A stretch of DNA of 64,000 nt, from sequence record PV874203.1, one strand, 5' to 3'. Under the pieces are notes generated by a model. That model was not told the origin of the DNA. It saw nothing but the letters and a program-made list of their open reading frames with translations, and did not search any database. The stretch comes from a phage. Positions 30,533 to 40,217 of the stretch are shown here, one piece after another (positions within the stretch are counted from its first letter, which is position 1; each line of letters begins with the position of its first letter). The position numbers and the translations under genes were made by a program.

Positions 30533-31636
30533 TTACAGCGCTTGCTCTAACTGATTTTCCAGATGATCTGGAATGTACCCTGTGATATTGCTATCACTGT
30601 GTCCTGACTCACGTAGCAAGTCAAAAATAGCACGGATACGTTGCTCTGGTGCAGATCGTACAGTAGATAAATCAGTTGTACGAAGCATAACCAGAATCTC
30701 TTGGTACAAGTTGTTAGCGTTCCCTCGGACATATCCAAGGAATCCGTAGAAGTCTGACATATAACGTAAGTCAACAAGAACATCTCCGTTGGAGTTGGTT
30801 CGACGTAAACGAATACGACCAGACTGCTCTACTCCATGAGAACGGCAATACAAAACATCACGGGCCATACAATAGCCTGAATGCAAATCCGACTCGTCCA
30901 GATTGTAATCCAGAGGAAGGTAAGGAAGCATCGGGGCAAATCGTACAGTATTTAAATGCTCAATAAACTGATCATTGCTCATCTCTGCGTTATCTAATGC
31001 CAGCTTCTTCAACATCAAGAAGCGGTTAACCAGATTGAGAAGTTGACCACGTTTCCACTTAGGCTCACTGATACGGAACTCAATCGAACCGTATTGGGCA
31101 AGTGGCAGAAGGTTCAGAGATGTATATTTATCCCATGAACGAACCAGACGGTTGAAGAACTCTTCATCGTCGTAGTTAAATGCGTCAGAGGCATTCATTA
31201 CCTGTGCTTGTACCACTGCGAAAGCAGGGCAGAAGTTGCTACGGTAACGATGGTAGCCTGAACACTTGAACAACATCTTTTCATAGAAGGTCCAAGCGAG
31301 AACGGTTTTCTTGAGGATATTACTATCAGCATCCCTCATATCCATATGAACGTGAGTAGAGCAACGCCAAGTCCCCTCGGCGTGCGATTCAGCTACTGCT
31401 TCACTCAGGTTGTTGATAGCGTCTAACAACTCCTGTCCGTTGTAAGGTCGTGAACATACCATTTCACAACCATTACGCAGGGAACCATCCTCTGTACAAT
31501 CCCACATATCTGCTTCGATATGATCGGAACCTTCGAGTTCAAGTTCAATACCGACACCGCACTGAAGTGCAATTGAACTATGCGCCTCAGTTAAACGACC
31601 TTCTCGATATCCAAAAGTTTGCGCTACAGTTGTCAT
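30533..31636 (-). CDS. Amidoligase (glutamine-synthetase-like fold, Amidoligase_2-type)
   Basis: GIELELEG and CSTHVHMD motifs consistent with carboxylate-amine ligases of the GS fold; assignment from memory of the family. Confidence 0.55.
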   Translation of the reverse strand: MTTVAQTFGYREGRLTEAHSSIALQCGVGIELELEGSDHIEADMWDCTEDGSLRNGCEMVCSRPYNGQELLDAINNLSEAVAESHAEGTWRCSTHVHMDMRDADSNILKKTVLAWTFYEKMLFKCSGYHRYRSNFCPAFAVVQAQVMNASDAFNYDDEEFFNRLVRSWDKYTSLNLLPLAQYGSIEFRISEPKWKRGQLLNLVNRFLMLKKLALDNAEMSNDQFIEHLNTVRFAPMLPYLPLDYNLDESDLHSGYCMARDVLYCRSHGVEQSGRIRLRRTNSNGDVLVDLRYMSDFYGFLGYVRGNANNLYQEILVMLRTTDLSTVRSAPEQRIRAIFDLLRESGHSDSNITGYIPDHLENQLEQAL

Positions 31637-32250
31637 AACGAATCCACCAACGTAATATTGTAATTGCTAAGGTTTTCAGAAATGTGATGAAAGTGTTCCA
31701 GAAGTCGCATCGGTTGCTGACCGTAAGAGTCACGAGGCGCTTCCAGATCTACTTGTCCTACCAGTGCACCTTTATAATGCACCTTACCATCAGTAGGGTT
31801 GATGTAAATATAACGAGTGACCAATCCTTCGAATTCAGGATTGAACAGACTGTAAACCATCTCCCCGGAGATAGCACGACCAACACCCGGAGCATTTCGA
31901 ATCTTGTTACCCATCAAACCCTTTGCTCTCTGACGAACAGGGTTAATATGAGTCCAGCTTACAGTGTTACCGTTATGGAACAGATAACCAACATCAGGTG
32001 ATTCAAGAATCAAGGTTGGGTCGAACACTGGAATACTTATCGTAGTGTTTCGAAGGTGCCCTTGCTCATTCTTGTACCACTGCTCTACAACAAAGTACAG
32101 AGCCTGTTCTGCTTCGTGAGAGAAGTCATCGCTGCGGAAGTTACCGCTCTGCTCGACACCGATCACAAAACACGGAAGGTTGATATTACCTGCTCGTTTA
32201 GCAATCCATGTACCATTATAGTAATGAGAAAAATCAGCTACTAAGCTCAC
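31633..32250 (-). CDS. Hypothetical protein
   Basis: 205-aa ORF, translationally coupled to neighbours. Confidence 0.5.
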   Translation of the reverse strand: MSLVADFSHYYNGTWIAKRAGNINLPCFVIGVEQSGNFRSDDFSHEAEQALYFVVEQWYKNEQGHLRNTTISIPVFDPTLILESPDVGYLFHNGNTVSWTHINPVRQRAKGLMGNKIRNAPGVGRAISGEMVYSLFNPEFEGLVTRYIYINPTDGKVHYKGALVGQVDLEAPRDSYGQQPMRLLEHFHHISENLSNYNITLVDSL

Positions 32251-32259
32251 GATAACCTC

Positions 32260-33066
32260 TTATGCTACCTGAAGGAGTTTGATCTGCTGGTCCGCTTCTT
32301 TAACGTTGTTGCCGTTAATGATTTCATGAAGCTTCTCAATCGGAAGGCGAGAGTGCAATGCCATCAGAGTGGACATATCACACTGCTGAACAACTTTGTC
32401 AACCTGATCATAAACAAACTTACGATTTTCACGATCACTAATCCAGAAGTTAGACAGTGAACGATATTCAATACCATAATCTTTATAACGGATTGCAGAC
32501 GCTTTACCGTAGAGTTCTTTACGGCGAGTATCTTTATCCATAATAACTGCTGGAAGGGACAGGAAGTAGTCACACAGCACACCCAACATCATCTGAGTTT
32601 GCAGGGTGATATCCAAAGCACCAACTACGCCAAGATGTACGTGACCGCCGGCAGTACGAAGTCCCTTATTCTGAGAAGTCGGGGATGGATTCTTCTGACC
32701 AGTGAAAGCGTTGAAATCAGGAGTACACCCGAAGATGAACGCTGATTCATTGAAAGTCTTCATCTCTTCTTCAGTGAAGATGTGAGAGCTAACACCCGGA
32801 GCTGCTTCCATGTCCAGTTTGTTCAGGACATTGTTGGTGAGATCGATACCACGTTGCATGTTATCGTTAAACGCTTCAAAACCGCTCTGTGGGTCGATAT
32901 CAAACTCAGCCAGTACGTTGTCCTCTTGAAGACGAACATCCTTAGCCAGAGTGATCTTATCGTCCTTAGAACAGCCTAACAGACCAGCCACAGAGGTGAT
33001 AATACCATTGCTGGTACGAACGAACATTTCAGGGTCAGAGCCAATAAGGAAAGCGCGCTTAGTCAT
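32260..33066 (-). CDS. Hypothetical protein, possibly a second GS-fold amidoligase-like enzyme (weak)
   Basis: LIGSDPEMF, SSHIF and GGHVHLGV are reminiscent of the E-x-E / H-x-H metal-site pattern. Confidence 0.45.
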   Translation of the reverse strand: MTKRAFLIGSDPEMFVRTSNGIITSVAGLLGCSKDDKITLAKDVRLQEDNVLAEFDIDPQSGFEAFNDNMQRGIDLTNNVLNKLDMEAAPGVSSHIFTEEEMKTFNESAFIFGCTPDFNAFTGQKNPSPTSQNKGLRTAGGHVHLGVVGALDITLQTQMMLGVLCDYFLSLPAVIMDKDTRRKELYGKASAIRYKDYGIEYRSLSNFWISDRENRKFVYDQVDKVVQQCDMSTLMALHSRLPIEKLHEIINGNNVKEADQQIKLLQVA

Positions 33067-34030
33067 TGTAATACTCCACTAATTCAGAAAAGAGAGATGA
33101 GATTGTGTTACCAACTTCTTCAGTAGTAAGGCCAGAGCTTGGGCCAGTACGCTGAATTAGTCGGGCTGTAAAGTTTTGTACTGTAATGTTTTCCAACTTA
33201 TTGTCTATTGCTTCACGTTTGTGACCATGACAGTTGGACCAGAGTTGTAACCACTCTGACATTGTTTGGTACTCGTCCGGGTCTTGATCTTTAGCTTGAG
33301 CAAAAGCAGTCAGAGCCTCTAGGTCGTGGTTTCGAACATAACCATTTTGGTTTCTACCTTCACCAAACATACCTTGCACCCACACCTGATCTGTATACTC
33401 ATCAGAGTCTACAACCAAAGGTAAGAATGCTGCTGCTGACATGTCACCATTAATGGCAACAGATGTACTTTCACTTGAGCTGTTAGCCCTTCCTCGTTGA
33501 GACCACCCACCGAAGAAGTCACGACCTAACCCAGCTAACACTAGAGCGATGCCGATGCGTTTACGCTTCAGCCACTCTTCCCTGTCTTCAATTCCTTCTG
33601 CTAGGAAATCCATTCCACGATACTGCCCTTCCAGAATACTACGGAAAAGCATAAGTCCTGTGAAGATCTGATCTGCTGGATGCTCACGGAGGTTGACAGC
33701 AACACTATTCGCTGAAGTGATTGTAAATACGTCACGATAGCAAGACATGGAGTTCATAATGTCTGCTGTTTCAACCAAGTTCTTTTCAATATCAGATGCA
33801 ACATGACCATGAAAAGAGTGAGTCCAGTAATTCAACATCTCCAATTGCAAGTTGATGTCACGGTTGAAGCGTCTATAACGTCCTTCTTCCGTGATAACTT
33901 CACCATTAATGTCACTTACGCATTGGCCTTGCATGTAGTTGTGGATACCGAAGCATCCACGACCTAAGAACTTCTGTTCCCCTAAATCTTGTTGAAGATT
34001 CAGAGGTACGATCGTTGTGGAGATTGACAT
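33059..34030 (-). CDS. Hypothetical protein
   Basis: 323-aa ORF. Confidence 0.5.
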   Translation of the reverse strand: MSISTTIVPLNLQQDLGEQKFLGRGCFGIHNYMQGQCVSDINGEVITEEGRYRRFNRDINLQLEMLNYWTHSFHGHVASDIEKNLVETADIMNSMSCYRDVFTITSANSVAVNLREHPADQIFTGLMLFRSILEGQYRGMDFLAEGIEDREEWLKRKRIGIALVLAGLGRDFFGGWSQRGRANSSSESTSVAINGDMSAAAFLPLVVDSDEYTDQVWVQGMFGEGRNQNGYVRNHDLEALTAFAQAKDQDPDEYQTMSEWLQLWSNCHGHKREAIDNKLENITVQNFTARLIQRTGPSSGLTTEEVGNTISSLFSELVEYYND

Positions 34031-34040
34031 AACTAACCTT

Positions 34041-35237
34041 TTATTTTCCTAAAAATAATCCGCTCATAACACCATCCCATTCAGAGGATGGAATCACTGA
34101 ATACACCGAACTTTGGTCCAGAGTTCCACTACTAAATCGCTGAACAATGTTATAAATGTTGAACAGATCTTTAGTCTCAGCACGAATGCCGTAGATTAGG
34201 CTGTTAGCTGTTCTTTCATCTTTAGACACTCGACGGGCAAAGTTAATCAGAAGGTTATCACATTTCAGGATTTCTGATTCACTCTCTACTAGATCAGGGT
34301 GCATCACCGGCAAGAACATCGAGTTATTAACTCGTAATTCTGCTGTTTCATCATTCTCATAATGAATCCACTTAAAGTCTTCATCACGGAAATGACCACA
34401 CCCCTCTCTGTACGACTGCTGACGCCAAGGAACTTGAAATGCTTCAGCATACTTATCAGCCATACCAACTGTAAATAACGACGCCGGGAAGATACAAGCA
34501 TCCCAATCATTACCAACCAGAGTTGCTTTCGTTTCCCCTAAGAGGTTAGTGTAAGTGCTAACCATTCGTGAGTAAACATAAGCCTGAAGGATTGTCCAGC
34601 CCTCAACCAACCATTTATGGAGGAAGGTTTCAACTTGACTCTCTTCATCTTCACAATAGAAGGTTCGGTCTAGCATTAAATAGAACAGACAACGATCAGC
34701 AGGAACGTTCTCAGTTGCTACGCCCATAAAACCTTTCTCGTGCCAGCGTAAACAGGAGGGACGATCTTTGTCCACAAATGCTTCCATAGCTTCCAGTACA
34801 GCACGAGGTGTGGTTCGATGCTCAGGGTTTTTACTATTCCAACGATCAATGTTATTCTTGGGAGGTGTGTCTTCATCTTCATATGAACACCAACCTAAAG
34901 CTGCGGATACAGGTTTTTCATCACGCCAACGTATAAAACCTAACATCTTCATGTGAGTTCCGGAGTTCCAGATATGCTTGATTTTACACATATCCATCTC
35001 TCGGCTTAACAGGAACTCTTCCCCATCAGCACTACGAACGTTAGCTTCTTCATGCCACACTCGAACGTGCATATTCCACCCATGAGTCGCCTCATACATG
35101 TTAGGGTCAAAGTATTCGTCTTCGTAATCATCTTCATCAACGCCACCGTTATAGTTGCGAAGCTGAAGGAACCCATAACAAGGAGGGTGGACCGTTAAAA
35201 CATTACCTTCAGTATCTTCTAATGTTACTGGAAACAT
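34041..35237 (-). CDS. Hypothetical protein
   Basis: 398-aa ORF rich in Trp/His/acidic residues. Confidence 0.5.
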   Translation of the reverse strand: MFPVTLEDTEGNVLTVHPPCYGFLQLRNYNGGVDEDDYEDEYFDPNMYEATHGWNMHVRVWHEEANVRSADGEEFLLSREMDMCKIKHIWNSGTHMKMLGFIRWRDEKPVSAALGWCSYEDEDTPPKNNIDRWNSKNPEHRTTPRAVLEAMEAFVDKDRPSCLRWHEKGFMGVATENVPADRCLFYLMLDRTFYCEDEESQVETFLHKWLVEGWTILQAYVYSRMVSTYTNLLGETKATLVGNDWDACIFPASLFTVGMADKYAEAFQVPWRQQSYREGCGHFRDEDFKWIHYENDETAELRVNNSMFLPVMHPDLVESESEILKCDNLLINFARRVSKDERTANSLIYGIRAETKDLFNIYNIVQRFSSGTLDQSSVYSVIPSSEWDGVMSGLFLGK

Positions 35238-35248
35238 TATACCAACCT

Positions 35249-35611
35249 CTATTGGTTTTTAATCAACTCAATCGACTTACGGATATAAAGAATATCTCGG
35301 AAGTTTCTGTAGTTGTTCATAAATTGGTGCTTCTGGAAAGTAGCTTCTTCCAGAGCTTTCTTTGCTTCTGCGTAGTTTTTACGGGCAAGATGTACAACCC
35401 GCTCTGGTAACGTGTTTGCACGACGGATGAGATACTTGTGAGCTTTCATGTTGCTTTGCTCACGAGAAATCTTACCTTTAGCAACTTTGATACCATTTGC
35501 AATCCAAGCAAGTTCTTGCTCAAGCTCACCGTTGGACATTCCACCGAGATTTGATGCAACCTTGTTCAGAGTTTCAATATTAACGTTGCCCTTGATGGGA
35601 CGTGTATTCAT
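35249..35611 (-). CDS. Hypothetical protein
   Basis: 120-aa ORF. Confidence 0.45.
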   Translation of the reverse strand: MNTRPIKGNVNIETLNKVASNLGGMSNGELEQELAWIANGIKVAKGKISREQSNMKAHKYLIRRANTLPERVVHLARKNYAEAKKALEEATFQKHQFMNNYRNFRDILYIRKSIELIKNQ

Positions 35612-35992
35612 ACTTACTCCTGTTGTTTACACTCGTCAATAACCCACTGATAAGTGGATTGCCCAGAAAAGAAACACTGAATAAATCCAGATGTTCTCTG
35701 CGTTACCAGTGCTAGTGCACAAATCACTACCGCTGCTGCTAGCAGTTTTAAATCTAATTTAGACATATTTCCTCTCATTGAATTTAAAAAAGGACTCTCC
35801 GAAAAGAGCCAAGCTTTAAATCCAAAAAAAGATATTACCCAATATCTGTGGATAACCTGCTCTTAAAATATCTATCCGACGGATGTTTGAGGAATACTCC
35901 TCGCCCTAGCATCGGCCCCATACGGGAAATATATTAAGATTAGGTTAGTTGAGTCAGAATAACTCACATAGCCCTCCGGAGGGCTATAGGCG

Positions 35993-36457
35993 TTACTCTA
36001 TCCTAACTGAAGGGCAGTATTTCTCTTTCTTGCTGCGATACATCACAACAATCCAGTTTGAATCACGACGCTCTTTCTTACGTCGTTTCTTTTCAGCACG
36101 AGTTTCATATGTGCTAGTTCTGTGGTCACGGTATATTCCACGAAGTTCATAAAATGCCCAACCACCACCAAACACTACACCAGCCAAAGCAGCCAAAGAC
36201 AAGGCACCAAGAGCAGGGGCAGTGAACCATGTCCACCAATTGAATGACAAAAAATTCTCATGCCCAAGTAAAGAGCCACCAATCATGGACAGTGCAGCGT
36301 ATACAACCCCTAACAGCAGCGTCAGTGCAATGAAGTGCATCACTGTACGCCAGAAGTATTCACAGAAGTTGGTCATGTTGTCCCAATGATAATTGGGTAG
36401 GCTTGACATGGCTTTGTTGAACTTGTGCAACCAGCCGTTCTTGTTAACCTTGATCAT
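35993..36457 (-). CDS. Hypothetical membrane protein (two predicted TM helices, basic C-terminus)
   Basis: Hydrophobic segments HFIALTLLLGVVYAALSMIGGSLLG and FTAPALGALSLAALAGVVFGGGWAF. Confidence 0.5.
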   Translation of the reverse strand: MIKVNKNGWLHKFNKAMSSLPNYHWDNMTNFCEYFWRTVMHFIALTLLLGVVYAALSMIGGSLLGHENFLSFNWWTWFTAPALGALSLAALAGVVFGGGWAFYELRGIYRDHRTSTYETRAEKKRRKKERRDSNWIVVMYRSKKEKYCPSVRIE

Positions 36458-36690
36458 TACTCACCTTTCTTGGCACGATCTTTGGCAGTTTTGCCAGTGC
36501 GGATACGATGGGAAACGTTAACCAGAGTGCCACCATCAACTACGGTAACACTCTTGTTTTTAGCCAGATCGAACACAGTTTTCTCCGTGCCACCCAAGCG
36601 AATTTGCTTAGGCTCACTGAAGGTTTGGGTTGATTTGGATTGGAACTGGAACGGTTGACGAATTGCATCGATTGCGCTTACTTTAGACAT
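36457..36690 (-). CDS. Hypothetical protein
   Basis: 77-aa ORF. Confidence 0.45.
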   Translation of the reverse strand: MSKVSAIDAIRQPFQFQSKSTQTFSEPKQIRLGGTEKTVFDLAKNKSVTVVDGGTLVNVSHRIRTGKTAKDRAKKGE

Positions 36691-36921
36691 AGGGGAAATT
36701 CCTTAAAAAGTTATGGCTGCGTAGAGGGAATTCCCTACGCAAATTGGGCCGCCCACAGAGAGGCGTCATAGTACTAAAAGGAGGAGAGAAGAGGGCTTAT
36801 TTAGCTACCTTTTTCTGTCCGTTTACGAACCAGATAATTGAACCGTCAGGCTGTCGTTGCCCGAAGCCTTTCTGGTTAATCATATCGTCATAAGAATATG
36901 CTTTGATTCTCATTTGTTTTC

Positions 36922-37164
36922 CTATGGAGTTAAGATAATTTCAGCCTTACTAAACTTCTCACCAACTTCAAGAGTATCAGCAACAGGACGGGGCACACCT
37001 GTACCCAAACAAACAGCCCTTCGATACCCTCCAGTCACAGGCATCATCAAATAGATGACCTGATTATCATCTTCTTTTAAAGTAAAGATATCAGCGATCG
37101 ATAGATCTTTAACAAAGAGTTTCTTTTCTTCTTCATGATGAACTTTGATATGTATTGTGCTCAT
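36922..37164 (-). CDS. Small protein, member of a paralogous family
   Basis: Shares the D(L/V)xxG(D/S)(V/I)F ... NL(x)TG pattern with at least 7 other small ORFs. Confidence 0.5.
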   Translation of the reverse strand: MSTIHIKVHHEEEKKLFVKDLSIADIFTLKEDDNQVIYLMMPVTGGYRRAVCLGTGVPRPVADTLEVGEKFSKAEIILTP

Positions 37165-37166
37165 AC

Positions 37167-37412
37167 CTACTCCTGAACAACTGACATACGAATCACTTCA
37201 ACAGGTGCATCACTTTTCATAACACCCAGTACGCCAGTAAGAAGATTAACGGTCGTAATCCAACCTTCTTCGACAGAGATTTTGTTGGATACATTATTAA
37301 CACGGATGTAATACTGAGGGGATGCTGTTCCTCTCTGAACTACGAAAGGGTTTCCGGGAATAATTGTAGCCAGTGAAACAGTGTTATCTTTAATCTTTGG
37401 GATAATCTTCAT
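37167..37412 (-). CDS. Small protein, probable member of the same paralogous family
   Basis: Similar size and LATIIPGNPF...LLTGV pattern. Confidence 0.45.
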   Translation of the reverse strand: MKIIPKIKDNTVSLATIIPGNPFVVQRGTASPQYYIRVNNVSNKISVEEGWITTVNLLTGVLGVMKSDAPVEVIRMSVVQE

Positions 37413-37420
37413 ATTGATTC

Positions 37421-37744
37421 CTATTTAAGTTTTAGGCTAATATTAAGGTGCATACATGCCCTGTTCTGTACAGCAGCATAACTTCTACCGAGCATGTCAG
37501 CCATTCTCTGAATAGACATGAACCCAGCATTACGGATAAGGAACTGGTCTTCTTCTTTAGACCACTTGACTCGGATTACAGCTCTAGAAATACCGAACTT
37601 AGTGCAAGCTGTATTAACTGCATTCTCCGTTACATTCATAATCTGAGCAACTTCTTGAACCGAGTACTCTTTGATTAGTCTCCGAAGATTTTCAATCTGC
37701 ATCGGAGTCCATATAGTTCTTCGAGCTTTCATTTTACCACCCAT
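37421..37744 (-). CDS. Putative DNA-binding protein with two tandem HTH-like repeats
   Basis: Two approx 50-aa repeats each with W...E...L...S..E.A..M........R. Confidence 0.45.
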   Translation of the reverse strand: MGGKMKARRTIWTPMQIENLRRLIKEYSVQEVAQIMNVTENAVNTACTKFGISRAVIRVKWSKEEDQFLIRNAGFMSIQRMADMLGRSYAAVQNRACMHLNISLKLK

Positions 37745-37955
37745 GTCGACTTTTAACTAACACACCATCAATTATCAGATAATGTAAATGTCTTATCATA
37801 TCTGAAGACAGATCTCCATGAGCGCTATTCCACTGAAGGAAGTTCATATCCTTCCAATCTGTGTAGTGCTTTTTGGCTTCTTCCTCTATCTGACTAAGAG
37901 TTACCCTTCTGAAAGGATATGGACTATACTTAATAAGTGTTTCACATTTTGTCAT
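37734..37955 (-). CDS. Hypothetical protein
   Basis: 73-aa ORF. Confidence 0.4.
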   Translation of the reverse strand: MTKCETLIKYSPYPFRRVTLSQIEEEAKKHYTDWKDMNFLQWNSAHGDLSSDMIRHLHYLIIDGVLVKSRHGW

Positions 37956-38245
37956 ATATCCTCCAATTAAATGTTTATGTAAGACTTGCTTAGATAAAGA
38001 TTCAATAAAATAGGGGGAGGGGACGAATCCTCCCTTATCCTATTAATTAATATTGCATGTAAGATCTAACAATCGGTTGCCTTTGTAGGAATAAGCGTTA
38101 TGCCAATCCAGCACTAAACTCCCGCCCCCTTAGTGGGCTGGGTTTATAAAGGGTAACGCCCTTATGGGCTAGTTACATGAATGTTAGTTTGATAGGGGAT
38201 CTGAAGTCCTATCTCAAAGGACTCTCGTAAGAATCCTTCACGATA

Positions 38246-38503
38246 TTACTTAAAGATGAAATGTATAACTGCATCATATGCTTTAGACAGAAGCCAACCT
38301 ATCGGATAACAGACTCCTGCCAGTATTGAGATGGGCCATAACATAATTAAGATCACAACCATCATCTCATCAGGTTCAGAGCTGGTAGACCCTGTTGTAA
38401 TGACCCCTTTTAGTAGACCTTTCTTGTATAGCAGTTTCAGCACTAAAACAGAAAGGAATACTCCAATAAAGTAAACTGAGATAAAAATATCAAGTAAACC
38501 CAT
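38246..38503 (-). CDS. Hypothetical small membrane protein (holin-like topology, unproven)
   Basis: 85 aa with 2-3 hydrophobic helices. Confidence 0.4.
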   Translation of the reverse strand: MGLLDIFISVYFIGVFLSVLVLKLLYKKGLLKGVITTGSTSSEPDEMMVVILIMLWPISILAGVCYPIGWLLSKAYDAVIHFIFK

Positions 38504-38654
38504 TTAATCACCTATTACTTATTCAACTTTCGTCTGCTATCTCGCCAAGCCAACCAAGTGTAGGTTTTCAGCTCTTCAAAGTCTTCTGGAGAGAATAGAT
38601 ATTCTTTGAAGGTATTTCCAAACCACTTTAAAAATTCTTCAGTCATAAAACCTC

Positions 38655-38828
38655 TTAACAAGACTGGTCACATGGCTGATCACCACATGTTTTACAAATC
38701 ACTGGTGAATAACTACAGGAAGGATATACTGACACACCGTCAAACGTCTCACACCCACAGTCAGGGCATGTACCATTGGATTCCATGTCATAATCATCAT
38801 CCACTTCACCACCACCATAACAGCTCAT
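38655..38828 (-). CDS. Hypothetical small Cys-rich protein (57 aa)
   Basis: Hand-translated ORF MSCYGGGEVDDDY...CPDCGCETF...CKTCGDQPCDQSC with AAGGAG upstream. Confidence 0.35.
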   Translation of the reverse strand: MSCYGGGEVDDDYDMESNGTCPDCGCETFDGVSVYPSCSYSPVICKTCGDQPCDQSC

Positions 38829-38837
38829 ATGAACTCC

Positions 38838-39059
38838 TTAGTAAACTAAACCTATAGCCTTTGCATCAGGCTGAGGGACTACTTTTGCATTAGGGCGATA
38901 ACCATCCACTGAACCATTCCAAAGGTTGACACAGGTGATATACCCATCGTTCAAGTAGTCTGTTTTAATCCAGAAGTGTTTATCGTGACCAAAGATACTT
39001 CCTTTTGGCAGTGTGGACAATTCAACAGTTTTAAGGGATTGTTTAGAATCTAATTTCAT
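38838..39059 (-). CDS. Small protein, member of paralogous family
   Basis: LSTLPKGSIFGHDKHFWIKTDYLNDGYITCVNLWNGSV fits the family pattern. Confidence 0.5.
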   Translation of the reverse strand: MKLDSKQSLKTVELSTLPKGSIFGHDKHFWIKTDYLNDGYITCVNLWNGSVDGYRPNAKVVPQPDAKAIGLVY

Positions 39060-39068
39060 ATAAGTTCC

Positions 39069-39266
39069 TTAATACACCAAGCCATGTAAGAGAAACACTC
39101 TCTTAGTTAACTCTGCTTTAGCTCTGTAATAAGCCTTAGAACCTAACAGGCGGCGTTTAACAAAGAACTTAATGTCATTGCTAACATCTTGTATTAAACG
39201 CTCCTGTACAGCTTCTGAGGAGCTATTAATTGAATCAATTAACACCTTTGTAGATGTATAATTCAT
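39069..39266 (-). CDS. Hypothetical protein
   Basis: 65-aa ORF. Confidence 0.35.
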   Translation of the reverse strand: MNYTSTKVLIDSINSSSEAVQERLIQDVSNDIKFFVKRRLLGSKAYYRAKAELTKRVFLLHGLVY

Positions 39267-39267
39267 A

Positions 39268-39567
39268 TCACCACTCCTTACCGGTTGTTGTTACAGAGCC
39301 ACCACACCACAACGCTGTATCAATCACAACATTATCTGGCGTAGACTTCTCTTCGTTGATAGAAGGGTTAGCATTGGAGCAGGTTGCTCCGTTCCAGCGC
39401 ATATCGATTTCACCAGAAGGAACCTTCTCACCTTTATGCCAGCGAGAAACACAAACACCTTCCACTGCTACTGCACACCATCCATCAGGACGGCTCTGTA
39501 CGCAGCCTGTAAGGGCCACACAGACAAGGAAGATACAGATTAAGGATATTACACCACCCCAACTCAT
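39268..39567 (-). CDS. Predicted lipoprotein (possible superinfection-exclusion / receptor-masking protein)
   Basis: Signal peptide with lipobox LTGC, then Cys-rich mature domain. Function inferred by analogy to phage lipoproteins such as T5 Llp. Confidence 0.5.
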   Translation of the reverse strand: MSWGGVISLICIFLVCVALTGCVQSRPDGWCAVAVEGVCVSRWHKGEKVPSGEIDMRWNGATCSNANPSINEEKSTPDNVVIDTALWCGGSVTTTGKEW

Positions 39568-39586
39568 AACTATCTCCTACGTTGAT

Positions 39587-39662
39587 TGGTGCACCCTACA
39601 GGACTCGAACCTGTAACCAACGACTTAGAAGGTCGCTGCTCTGTCCATTGAGCTAAGGGTGC
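39587..39662 (-). tRNA. tRNA-Arg (anticodon UCU), 76 nt with encoded CCA
   Basis: Hand-folded cloverleaf: acceptor GCACCCT/AGGGTGC, D-arm GCTC/GAGC, anticodon stem GCGAC/GTCGT with loop CTTCTAA, T-arm ACAGG/CCTGT with loop TTCGAGT, 3' ACCA. Confidence 0.8.
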
Positions 39663-39671
39663 TATATTTAT

Positions 39672-39980
39672 TTATAAGGAGAAAGACTTCTTACAATCCT
39701 TCTCTTCAAAAGTGTAGTAGCCTGTTGTATCAGGGAAGTAGGCATACTTTGTTTCTTTGCCATCAATAGCCATGACACGATTACCAGAAGTTGTTTCTAC
39801 AAACAGAAGCCCATCTCTTACCATACCATGAGATTCTTTGATACCAGTTAAGCTATGCTCTTTAAGAGTGCATTGCTGAACACTCTGATACTTAACTCCA
39901 ATCTCTGCACTATTAACAGAGATGATACCAATGGTTGTCATTAGTAGTAAGGTTGAGATGATAAAATGCTTTTGTTTCAC
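39672..39980 (-). CDS. Hypothetical secreted protein
   Basis: N-terminal signal-peptide-like segment (MKQKHFIISTLLLMTTIGIISVNSA). Confidence 0.45.
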   Translation of the reverse strand: MKQKHFIISTLLLMTTIGIISVNSAEIGVKYQSVQQCTLKEHSLTGIKESHGMVRDGLLFVETTSGNRVMAIDGKETKYAYFPDTTGYYTFEEKDCKKSFSL

Positions 39981-39998
39981 ATTAACCTCTGGATTTAT

Positions 39999-40208
39999 TT
40001 AACTGAAGATACGCAAGGCCACATCGTGATAGATATGACCGGGGACTTTGTGCTGTTCTATTTTCAAACAGCGTTTACAGACACGAGATACACGAGATTC
40101 TTTTCTCTCGACCGGAGTGTCTTTAGCGTGAGTAATATGTAAGTTTTCAGTGATCACCCACTCATGTTTACATCCAGAATCTTCGGGCTTTTTCTTACGA
40201 AAGAACAT
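39999..40208 (-). CDS. Hypothetical Cys-containing protein
   Basis: 69-aa ORF with CKHEW ... CKRC pattern. Confidence 0.4.
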   Translation of the reverse strand: MFFRKKKPEDSGCKHEWVITENLHITHAKDTPVERKESRVSRVCKRCLKIEQHKVPGHIYHDVALRIFS

Positions 40209-40217
40209 AACACCCCC

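Noticed and set aside
38606-38857. Plus-strand His-rich 83-aa ORF
   Set aside because: It is antisense to two small minus-strand ORFs with proper RBSs (38515..38646, 38655..38828) and overlaps the 38838..39059 gene.
39254-39616. Plus-strand 120-aa ORF
   Set aside because: It reads through the tRNA-Arg gene and is antisense to the lipoprotein gene; an artefact of an open frame.
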